A DNA stretch of 64,000 bases, from positions 25,811,304-25,875,303 of the forward strand of contig NC_068985.1 in assembly GCF_001194135.2 (NCBI RefSeq), read 5' to 3'. The position numbers and the translations under genes were made by a program. This DNA is from Octopus bimaculoides. Its lineage: Eukaryota. Below the pieces are notes generated by a model. The model saw only the letters and a program-made list of their open reading frames with translations, searched no databases and had not been told where the DNA came from. The number at the start of each line of letters is the position of its first letter. The stretch's first letter is position 1. Of this stretch, positions 40,301 through 52,862 are shown piece by piece.

Positions 40301-42938
40301 AAGCATAGGGCTGTTTTTCTGGCCTATTTATTCCGCACTGGACAGAATGCCAGTCTGTTGCAGGATTACTCATTTTTACCAGCAAAGTGGACTGGAGCAA
40401 TGTGAAATGAAGTGTTTTGCCTGAGAACACATCATCCAGTCTAGGAATTGAAACCACAATCTTATGACTATGAGTCCAACTCCTTAACTACTAAGCCATG
40501 TGCCTCCACACAATTTTACTATGTGACTTAACTACAATTCATGCTTGCTAATAAATAACCTGAAGAGTGGTTTACTGTGGGAGATAAAGTTTTAACTGGG
40601 GTGCTAAACTACCTCTTGTGTTATAAGTCATTTTCATTTCCATGTAAAAGAAATAATTAACAGAAATTGCAATATTTTGTTTCAAGTATAATGGCATTAA
40701 CTGTGCAAACTTAGAAAAATACAAAATAATTTAAATTCTTTATTTGGGGTGAGTTGTCTCACCAGTCTATGACTTTCTGGTGTTTTAAGACCCACCACAC
40801 CAAATCACAGCCTACCAGCAAACACACAAAGCATGTACATGTAAATGATAATGATTATCACACTACCACTGCTTCTATTTTCATTTGTGAAATTCTCTAT
40901 ATTGTTTTGTAGCATCAGTTAACTCTAAAACTAGCCATTTTACTTTAACCAGTTAATCTTGTCTCTTTTTTAAAACTTTTTATCTGTCATGAGTGAGAAG
41001 CTTTATTTAGATATGGATATCTGCATATCTTTGGAATAATATCCTTCCTTATCACTGCCACTAATTTATGAAATATGAGTGGAACTTGTTGACTGCTTGT
41101 TCTTTGCTTATCTGGTTGATGTAAAAATTTGAACTTGCTGCCATACAGGATCCTCAAAGTTTAATAAAAGCAGTTTAAATTAATTCATTAATATAAATTT
41201 TATTGTTAATTTTTCTAGGTGAGTTTATGCTCGACATGTTTTGTGTTTATTTATCTATTTTAACTTGTCATTTAATAGGACATGTATGATGTCTTCATGA
41301 AATGGTTCCGTCACAAAAACAGAGAATTAGCAAATCATGGACAATGGGCAATGGAAGCTTTTATATATCAAGTAAGTTGTAACTATATATATATATATAT
41401 ATATATATCATCATCATCATCATCATCGTTTAACGTCCGCTTTCCATGCTAGCATGGGTTGGACGATTTGACTGAGGACTGGTGAAACCGGATGGCAACA
41501 CCAGGCCCCAATCTAATTTGGCAGAGTTTCTACAGCTGGATGCCCTTCCTAACGCCAACCACTCAGAGAGTGTAGTGGGTGCTTTTACGTGTCACCCGCA
41601 CGAAAACGGCCACGCTTGAAATGGTGTNNNNNNNNNNNNNNNNNNNNNNNNNNNNNNNNNNNNNNNNNNNNNNNNNNNNNNNNNNNNNNNNNNNNNNNNN
41701 NNNNNNNNNNNNNNNNNNNNNNNNNNNNNNNNNNNNNNNNNNNNNNNNNNNNNNNNNNNNNNNNNNNNNNNNNNNNNNNNNNNNNNNNNNNNNNNNNNNN
41801 NNNNNNNNNNNGTGCCACCCGCACAAGAGCCAGTCCAGGGGCACTGGCAACGATCTTACTTGGCTTGCCGGGTCTTCTCACGCACAGCACATTTCCAAAG
41901 GTCTCGGTCAGTAGTCATCGCCTCGGTGAGGCCCAATGTACGAAGGTCTTGCCTCACCACCTGAGCCCAGGTCTTCCTGGGCCTACCTCTTCCACGGGTT
42001 CCCTCAACTGTTAGGGTGTGGCACTTTTTCACGCAGCTATCCTCATCCATTCTCACCACATGTCCATACCAGCGCAATCGTCTCTCTTGCACACCACAAC
42101 TGATGCTTCTAATGTTCAGCTTTTATATATATATATATATATATACACACCGCTGGATGTGTAATGTCAGTGTGTATACATGACAGAGTGTAAGCACCTT
42201 GAGAGAAAATTTGGACATAAGAAGCATCATATGTGGTGTGCAAGAGAGATGAATGCACTGGTATGGTCATGTGATGTGTATGGATGAGGACAGCTGTGTG
42301 AAAAAGTGTCACACCCTAGCAGTAGAGGAAACCTGTGGAAGAGATAGACTCAGGAAAACCTGGGATGAAGTGATGAAGCAAGACCTTCAAACGTTGGGCC
42401 TCACCGAGGCGATGACAAGTGACCAAGACGTTTGGAGATATGCTGTGCTTGAGAAGACCTGGCAAGCTAAGTGACACCGTAACCATAGCCTATTCCAGTG
42501 CAGCATAATCAGCCCATTGAAGAGTACCCTTCAATCATTGGGCAATAAACTGCACTAAGCAAAGACCTGTTGAGGCAAGTGAAGTCATGGCCAATGACAG
42601 TACTGCCTGATTAGCACCCATGCCGGTTGCACATAAAAAGCACCATTCGAGCGTGATCGTTGCCAGTGCCGCCTGACTGGCTCCTGTACGCATGGCATGT
42701 AAAAAGCACCATTCAAGCATGGTCATTGCTAGTGTCGCCTGACTGGCTCCCATGCCAGTGGTACGTAAAAAGCAGCATTCAAGCATGGTTGATGCCATTA
42801 CCACCTGAAACTTTGCTATAGAAACTTTGCCAGATTGGATTGGAGCCTGGTGCAGTCTTCTGGCTTGCCAGCCTTCAGTCAAACCGTCCAACCCCTGTCA
42901 GCATGGAAACTGGACGTTAAACGACGATGACGATGATA

Positions 42939-43004
<66 letters not shown>

Positions 43005-45133
43005 GTTTAACGTCCGCTTTCCATGCTAGCATGGGTTGGACGATTTGACTGAGGACTGGTGAAACCGGATGGCAACACCAGGCTCCAATATAAATTTGGC
43101 AGAGTTTCTACAGTTGGATGCCCTTCCTAACGCCAACCACTCAGAGAGTGTAGTAGGTGCTTTTACGTGTCACCTGCACGAGGGATGTGGGTTTTTTTAA
43201 ATAACTTACCGTATTCCTGAAATATAAAGCTAATATCTACAACAATCTGTTAGTGAGTTGAATTCACATTGCTTAAAATCACCAAGAATAATATCATCAT
43301 CATCATCTCTCTAAGATTCACAAGGATAGTATTCCATTAAGACCTATAGAGAGTGATAGCGGTTCGGCATATCATCCACTGAGCTGCTTCCTTGTGGATA
43401 TAATCAGCCCAGTAGCAGTCCATATAGTCAGTCCATTAGCAGGTAAGTCAACATCATATGTGAAGAATTCTACCCACTTCACAGATCCAACCAGATGGTA
43501 AGAGTTATGGGCACTTATCTAAAAGATCATGCTAGTATACCAATAAGAAATTTAATGAAAATGTTGACCTTCTGAATAGAAACTACCTACTTCAGAGTAG
43601 ATACTGAAATGTATTGTTAGGACAATATCACTTAGAATACGGAATGTTCATTATTCAGTTTTCAAACTGATTGTATTTATTTTTCATTCTATATATTTCA
43701 GATTTCACAAGCAATTGTTGAAGACGCAGATGCTCCTCAAAGGAATATGTTTGAGGTAAACTCCTACTTAGTCATTCTATCCTATAGTTTTTTACTATAT
43801 CACAAAGTCTGACTCACTCTCATTCCATATTGACTTGTTGCTCTTTGTTGTTAACTCTCACACTTTGTAATTCAACAATAAATCAATCAGGCAGATTTCT
43901 TTTTACAATAGTCTTGAAGTGGAGGATAAACAACTAGCTTTCCTAACTTTGACCATCCCATCTTATCTTCCAACAGTATTTCCAGGACTATTATTATCCA
44001 TTGTCATTCCTTTTTTACAATGGTAAAGTGTAATTTGAGAGGAATTTAACTGCTGTTTTAGCATGTTAAGCAACCACATTGAAGCTCCATTGGTAGTTTT
44101 TATTTTCTGAGCTAGTAATGTTGATCTAAGTTCTTAATTGATGACAGAACTACTGAGAAAACAGCTTAAAATGACAAAGTTTGGTTGTTTTATTATCATC
44201 ATCATTTTATGTTTGTTTTTTCTTTGTTGTCATGTTTTTTGTTAATGAATTAATCTGGAAGAAGGATTTGTACCCATGAACATTGCAGGTGAAAAAATCC
44301 ATTGAAGGAATGGAAATTCCAAAGGGCTGATGCTCTGTTCATATTGGAGCTTCCAACATGAATGCTAGGCAGCACAGCATGTCATTTCCAAATTTCTGGC
44401 TGAGAGAATTGTGTCATGGTGGTTTTTTTCTCACAGATGGTGCCCAACTGACCCTACCATATTGTGTAGTCAACAAAATCAAAAACAATGCACATGGGTG
44501 AAATTAGAAACGCTAAGTAGATAACTAGCTCACTTTGTGATCATGAGTGCACCAAACCTCGTGTGCATCTGCTCATACTTTTACGGTTGTTTGTATGAGC
44601 GAGTGTACTCACACTATGCAGCTTGCCCAAGGGCGTTTATACATCCATATCTGTTAACGGTTATTTTTAATACTTCTCTCGCTGGATTGCATGTTTGTTT
44701 CTCTTTTTGCTATCTGTGATTTTATTTTTGATCTATATAAATGAAGATATTTCCTTCATCTGGCTGCTTTTCTTTCTACAAAATGGGAAGTTACATTGCG
44801 GATCAGTTATTTTAACAAGTTATATTTATTTATCACCCGAGATACATCTGCACCGCTGGATGCTCCTGAACCAGTTGTTGAGTGTCCTACCAATGAGAAA
44901 TCAATGCTAGATGTGTCGAAACAATTGTCGGGATTAATAATAAATTCTCATATATTCCATTTTCCATCTTTCATTTACCATATCATCATCATCGTTTAAC
45001 GTCCGCTTTCCATCCTAGCATGGGTTGGACGATTTGACTGAGGACTGGTGAACCAGATGGCTGCACCAGGTTCCAATCTCATCTGGCAGTGTTTCTACAG
45101 CTGGATGCCCTTCCTAACGCCAACCACTCCGAG

Positions 45134-45185
<52 letters not shown>

Positions 45186-46833
45186 GACTACTTGCATTAA
45201 TAATGCTGTTAAAATAAACAAAAATTACAATTTCTTGTTTGCACCTCCCTTTTAAATCTCAAATCATCTCATATTTCTATTTATTTATTTCAGTTCTTTC
45301 TCAAGAAGTCAAATGATATGATAAAAAATAAAGATTCTACAAAGAAAGAAATTGAGGTAGCCATTAAATGCTTTGGCTTACTAGCTGGTGTAAGTATTTT
45401 TTTTACATTTCAATTCTTTATATCTATCTTTGTAAATATATTGAATAAGTATTCTACGAGCCAATTTAAATTGTCAGTATCAATAATAATAATATCAAAA
45501 ATAATAACTTATAATCCCAATCTCACTATCCACCCATTACAGAGAAACTTTCTAATAATTTCAATCTAAACTACTTGCATCAGTTGGTAGCTGTCAGGAC
45601 ACTACATCTTTCAAAACTTCCATGCTTCCAGAGATTTGCCAACAGTACACTGAATGCCCTACTTCCCGCCTTTTTTAATGACTCATTCACTTCCTGTGCA
45701 TTATTCTATGTACCATTCATGCACTTTTGATTTCTTTTTCTGGTGAGTTGTAGTGCTCCTGACCACTGTATACAATAAGCAGGAAGGCAGACAAATCATA
45801 AATCCCTTCAGATAGATGACCCTTCTTAATCTGTAGAAAAGGCATAGGTAGAAACTCCATAAGGTGTACATGGTGTAAGCTATGGGCACATTAGAGGTGC
45901 AGCAATATCAGAGGAAAGTTAACTGGGAAGATAGTTTTTGTGGCAGATGCACAGGCAATAAACACTGAAAATGTGCAGAAAACAGATTCCATCACATGCC
46001 AGGAGGTAAAAATAGAAGTTGTTGAAAGCTTCCATTATCTAGGTGACCAAGTCAGTAGTAGGGGTGGATGCTCTGAGAGCGTAGCTGCTAGAATAAGAAT
46101 AGGCTGGGCAAAGTTCAGGGAGCTCCTACCACTGCTGGAAATAAAGGGCCTCTCACTCAGAGTGAAAGGTAGACTGCATGACGCATGTGTGCAAACAGTC
46201 ATGCTACATGGCAGTGAAACATGGGCTGTGACTGCTGAGGACATGCGTAGGTTTGAAAGAAATGAAACTAGTATGCTCCACTAGGTGTGTAATGTCAGTG
46301 TGCATGCACAACAGAGTGTAAGCGCCCTGAGGGAAAAGTTGGACATAAGAAGCATCAGATGTGGTGTGCAAGAGAGATGACTGCACTAGTATGGTCATGT
46401 GTTGTGTATGGATGAGGACAGCTGTGTGAAGAAGTGTCACACTCTAACTGGAGGAAACCTGTGGAAGAGGTAGACCCAGGAAGACCTGGGATGAGGTGGT
46501 GAAACACGACCTTCAAACGTTGGGCCTCGCAGAGGCAATGACAACTGACTGAGACCTTTGAAGATATGCTGTGCTTGAGAAGACCCAGCAAGCCAAGTGA
46601 GACTGTGGCCATTGCCAGTGTTGCATAACCAGCCCATTTATGAGTGCCCTTCAATCGCCAGGCAATATGCTGTGCTTGAGAAGACTTGACTCAAGTGTAA
46701 TCATTATCATGGCCGATGCCAGTACAGCCTGACACTCTCCCATGCCATTGGCATGTAAAAAGCACCATTCAAGCATAGTCACTGCCAGTGCCACCGGACT
46801 GGCTCAAATAACACTGACATCTCATTTTAACAG

Positions 46834-46875
<42 letters not shown>

Positions 46876-48697
46876 GTTTAACGTCCGCTTTCCATGCTAG
46901 CATGGGTTGGACGATTTGACTGAGGACTGGTGAAACCAGATGGCAACACCAGGCTCCAATCTAATTTGGCAGAGTTTCTACAGCTGGATGCCCTTCCTAA
47001 CGCCAACCACTCAGAGAGTGTAGTGGGTGCTTTTACGTGTCACCCGCACGAGGGCCAGTCAGACGGTACTGGCAACGGCCATGCTCAAAATGGTGTCTTT
47101 TATGTGCCACCCGCACAAGAGCCAGTCCAGGGGCACTGGCAACGATTTCGCTCGAAAATCCTATGAAGGCCAGTCAGGCGGTACTGGCAACGNNNNNNNN
47201 NNNNNNNNNNNNNNNNNNNNNNNNNNNNNNNNNNNNNNNNNNNNNNNNNNNNNNNNNNNNNNNNNNNNNNNNNNNNNNNNNNNNNNNNNNNNNNNNNNNN
47301 NNNNNNNNNNNNNNNNNNNNNNNNNNNNNNNNNNNNNNNNNNNNNNNNNNNNNNNNNNNNNNNNNNNNNNNNNNNNNNNNNNNNNNNNNNNNNNNNNNNN
47401 NNNNNNNNNNNNNNNNNNNNNNNNNNNNNNNNNNNNNNNNNNNNNNNNNNNNNNNNNNNNNNNNNNNNNNNNNNNNNNNNNNNNNNNNNNNNNNNNNNNN
47501 NNNNNNNNNNNNNNNNNNNNNNNNNNNNNNNNNNNNNNNNNNNNNNNNNNNNNNNNNNNNNNNNNNNNNNNNNNNNNNNNNNNNNNNNNNNNNNNNNNNN
47601 NNNNNNNNNNNNNNNNNNNNNNNNNNNNNNNNNNNNNNNNNNNNNNNNNNNNNNNNNNNNNNNNNNNNNNNNNNNNNNNNNNNNNNNNNNNNNNNNNNNN
47701 NNNNNNNNNNNNNNNNNNNNNNNNNNNNNNNNNNNNNNNNNNNNNNNNNNNNNNNNNNNNNNNNNNNNNNNNNNNNNNNNNNNGGCTATTCTTATTCTAG
47801 CAGCTACACTTTCAGTGCACCCACCCCCACTACTAACTTGGTCGCCCAGATAGCGGAAGCTATCGACTACCTCTAGTTTTTCTCCCTGGAATGAGATAGA
47901 AGTTGTTTCCTGATTGTTTACAGTGTTTATTGCACCTGAACATCTGCCACATACAAAAACTAACTTCATAGTTAATCTGCCTTTGATATTGCTGCACCTC
48001 TTTTGTGTCCATAGCTTGCACTGGGTACATCTTATAGAGTTACTACCTACTCCTTTTCTACATACTGAGCAGGGCCATCTACCTGAAGGGGTTTGTGTTT
48101 TATCTACCTACCTACTTATTAGGATACCAAAATTACATAAAAATATCTTGAAATACTAAAGAGTAAATCTATTCGATAAAATCACCGTTTGCTTCAACCA
48201 TGTTCTTCAGATGACTTTGGAACCTCCTGAAACTCTTCTAAACGGTCTTCTTGTTTAAGATTGTGATTGCTACCATAATCTATGTCTTCAGTTCATCTTT
48301 AGTGTTACAAGGAGTTTTGTTGGTCTCTCACTCAACTGCGCCCCACACATAATAATCAAGAGGGTTGCAGTCTGGGGAGTTAAGTGGGTAGATGTTAGGG
48401 GTGGTGTGGTTGCAGAAATTGTCTGACAGCTATGACTGGGTTCTCCTGCTTGTGTGGCATGGTGCAGAGTCTTGTTGCCAGACATATGGTCTTTCAGTAA
48501 CTTATAAGAGAATAATCTAAAGTGGGAAATTATAAGCCACGCTAAATCCTATAAAATAGGACATGATCGTTGCAATTTTTGTATTTTGTGTTCCCTGCCC
48601 AGAAAATCTTGTACCTGTGCTCTTTGCTTGTGAGGAACCTCCTCTCCACCTTACTTCTTTGAGGCAGCACATATCGACACATCTCCGTTCAAGCAAC

Positions 48698-48728
<31 letters not shown>

Positions 48729-51700
48729 ACATGTCTCTTAAAGGATAGAGCTCAAAATCAATGCATTGAAGATACTTTATTGCAGCAACAATTATAATAA
48801 CAGAAACAACCACAATAAGCCACAATAAGATTCTGTAAGAAAATAACGATGGTAGGTTGCGTGCCGTCGATTATTCTTTCACCCTCTTGGATGATGTGTG
48901 TGTTTTGCTAATAATAGTATTGGTGATGGCAATAATGCGACCCTGATGAGATGGAGTATCCAGAAATTTGTAATATGTTGTAATTTGTTACAATATTTTA
49001 CGAGACATCTTATGATGTGNNNNNNNNNNNNNNNNNNNNNNNNNNNNNNNNNNNNNNNNNNNNNNNNNNNNNNNNNNNNNNNNNNNNNNNNNNNNNNNNN
49101 NNNNNNNNNNNNNNNNNNNNNNNNNNNNNNNNNNNNNNNNNNNNNNNNNNNNNNNNNNNNNNNNNNNNNNNNNNNNNNNNNNNNNNNNNNNNNNNNNNNN
49201 NNNNNNNNNNNNNNNNNNNNNNNNNNNNNNNNNNNNNNNNNNNNNNNNNNNNNNNNNNNNNNNNNNNNNNNNNNNNNNNNNNNNNNNNNNNNNNNNNNNN
49301 NNNNNNNNNNNNNNNNNNNNNNNNNNNNNNNNNNNNNNNNNNNNNNNNNNNNNNNNNNNNNNNNNNNNNNNNNNNNACATAAAAGACACCATTTCGAGCG
49401 TGGCCGTTTTCGTGCAGGTGACACGTAAAAGCACCCACTACATTCTCTGAGTGGTTGGCGTTAGGAAGGGCATCCAGCTGTAGAAACTCTGCCAAATTAG
49501 ATTGGAGCCTGGTGTTGCCATCCGGTTTCACCAGTCCTCAGTCAAATCGTCCAACCCATGCTAGCATGGAAAGCGGACGTTAAACGATGATGATGATGAT
49601 GATGATGATGATGATACTTCGTGACTGCAGAGTACATGCAAAGGTTTGAAAGAAACAAAACTAGCATGTTCTGTTGGATGTGCAGTGTCAGTGTGTAAGT
49701 ATGACAGAGTGTGTTTTAAGAGCCATCAGATGTAGTGTGCACTGGTATGGATGAGGACAGTTGCTTAAAGAAGTGCTGTTATCTAATTATGGGGGGNNNN
49801 NNNNNNNNNNNNNGGGGGGGGGGCTGTGAAGCAGCAGATCCCAGAAAACAGGCAAAATGTCAGAAACAATCTTCAGATGTTGAACCTCACAAAGAAGATG
49901 ACAAGGAACTGAGATTTCTGATGATTTGCTGTGCTTGAGGTGACTCATCAAGCTAAGTAAAATTGTGGCCAGCCATACATACAGGAATGTCTTTTACAGC
50001 CATATCCAATTCAGTTACCTCTTCTCTTTCTCTAAACATCTCCCCTCACACGCTTATGGAACATCTCCCTCTATCCCCTCTGTGCCACTTATATCCTCCC
50101 CATCATACCTTGTGGGTATGTCCTGATGCATCTCCAACACCATTTCTCTTTTTCTCTCTGCTGGAGTAGGCAAGTACCTCCTTTATTGTAAAACACCTGT
50201 CTCTATCCCTTTATTATACTTTAACCTCTCAACCAGCCATAAACCATCTTCCTTGGAATCACTCCCTGTCTCAGCGGAGGAGTCTTTGTCTTGCAAGTTA
50301 CCTGGTGACCCCACAGGTGCTGGTGTCACATTAAAAGCACCCAGTACACTTTGTATATTGATTGGTATTAGGAAGGGCATCCAGCTGTAGAAACTATTTC
50401 AAAGCAGACAATGGAGCCTGTTGCATCTCCCTGGCTTTCCAGCTCCTGTCAAACCATCCAACCCATGCCAGCATGGAAGACAGACATTAAATGATGATGA
50501 TGATATATATACGCACACATATGTATATATGCAGACATTAGCGAGGACGTTGCCAGTGCCCCTGGACTGGCTCTTGTGCGGGTGGCACCTAAAAGACACC
50601 ATTTCGAGCGTGGCCGTTTTCGTGCGGGTAACACGTAAAAGCACCCACTACACTCTGAGTGGTTGGCGTTAGGAAGGGCATCCAGCTGTAGAAACTCTGC
50701 CAAATTAGTTTGGAGCCTGGTGTTGCCATCCGGTTTCACCAGTCCTCAGTCAAATCGTCCAACCCATGCTAGCATGGAAGGCGGACGTTAAACGATGAGG
50801 ATATGTGAATTAATGTGTTTGGTGATAGCAAATAGTGAAAGTAAAAGAAACATCCTTTTGTTGATATTAAAGTATAAAGGAAGGCAGTGAGCTGGCAGAA
50901 TGGTTAGCATGCTGGACAAAATGTTTAGTGGTATTTTGCCTGTCACTACATTCTGAGTTCAAATTCCGCTGAGGTTGACTTTGCCTTTCATCCTTTCGGG
51001 GGTTGATAAATTAAGTACCAGTGAAACACTGGGATCAATGTAATCGACTTACTCCTCCCCCAAAATTCTAGGCTTTGTGCCTACAGCTGAAAGAATATTA
51101 AAGTATAACGGTACACTTTTTATATTGTTATTTTTTCCTGTTGCAGCCTTGTAAGAAATTCCACACACAAGATGATGTGAACTTTATGTTTCGAGAGATG
51201 TTAGAACATAGTAAACATCTGTTTGAAAAGTAAGTTAATTTATCGATTCTTTCTTATTTTGATTGTTTTACTTCAGTTGTATCCTAGAAACCTTTTCGTA
51301 ATTTCTGCTTAAGAAAAAAAAGTTAAAAGAAAAGCATACCAAATTATTGTTCTAAAATATACAATACTCAATCAATAAGAATTAACATTTAGATATAATT
51401 ATATTTGCACTTGGATATATTATAAATATTTACAGTACACACTTACATATTAGGATATTTGATATTATCTGAATTTTCCATTTATCATAATGTGTATTGT
51501 CCTTCTGTCTACTGTTTCTTCATTAATATTTTGCTGTTGAGAAATGAGTCATCTCCTACTCTTCACCCTTTCATCGCTCTCTGGCTTCACTCAGTCACTC
51601 CCACCCTCACTTCTAGAATGAGTTGTTATATGGTTCCTCTACTGCAAGAAACCTATTCTACTCTAGCCCTGTCTCTCAAACTTTTACCAATTTTTTGCTC

Positions 51701-52831
51701 CTCATCTCTCAGCATAAAGTTGTTCTTTGAGGTTCCATAGTCTATCAAAATGCACAATAGCCTCGCTAGCGCTGGTAGCATGAAAAAGTCACCCAGTACA
51801 CACTTTAAAGTTGTTGACATTAAGGACATTCAGCTATGGAATCCTTGCCAAAGAAGACACTGAGACTCAGTGTAGTCCCTGAGCCCATAGGATCTTGACA
51901 AACCATCCAACCAGTACCAGCACAGAACATAAATGTGAAATGGCGATGAGGACATTAGTGATATTAACTCATTTTGTTGCTATCCCAAGTATATTTAAGA
52001 AGATTATTACTTATTGTTTTTACAGTCATTAGCATACTTATTCAGTAATTAACTTGTTTCTTTGATCACCAAATATTAAATTCCTTATTATATAATATGG
52101 AACATCTATAAAAGTAAATTTTTTTTTTAATTTTTTCTTTGCTATTTTCGTGTTTTTGCGGACACTTTTCTATGCTTGCATAGGTCAGATAGAATTCAGC
52201 AAAGCAGATTTTCTGCACCCAGATGCCCTTTCTGTTATCAGCCATCACTTATTTCAAAATAAGATAATATTTTCCATAATTCTTTGAACACAAAAATCTG
52301 AATGACAATTATATTTCCATGGAATATTGCAGACAACCAACACCAGTTTTGAATGGTAGTGATTTTAGCAAAGGGCTTAAATAGTTAAGTTACTGGAATA
52401 CTGACCACATGGTCAAGATTTCAAATCTTACTACAACAGGTTGTTATGTTCTATTCTTGAGGGATACATTCCTCCACAAATATTGGCTCACTATGAGCAT
52501 AAAGAGCATCTTGCTACAAAAAAATGAATAAATATATGAATAGAAGCTCTAACAATATACATGTATCAAAAAGACAGAAACTATTTTATTCATGCTAGTA
52601 TGGAAAACAATAAATGACTATTAACTAGCTCTTTTGTTAACATATTCCTACACTCTCGGAGTTCGCTACACACTCGGAGTTCGCTACACTCTCGGAGTGA
52701 TTGGCGTTAGGAAGGGCATCCAGCTGTAGAAACTCTGCCAAATCAGATTGGAGCCTGGTGTAGCCATCTGGTTTCACCAGTCCTCAGTCAAATCGTCCAA
52801 CCCATGCTAGCATGGAAAGCGGACGTTAAAC

Positions 52832-52862
<31 letters not shown>

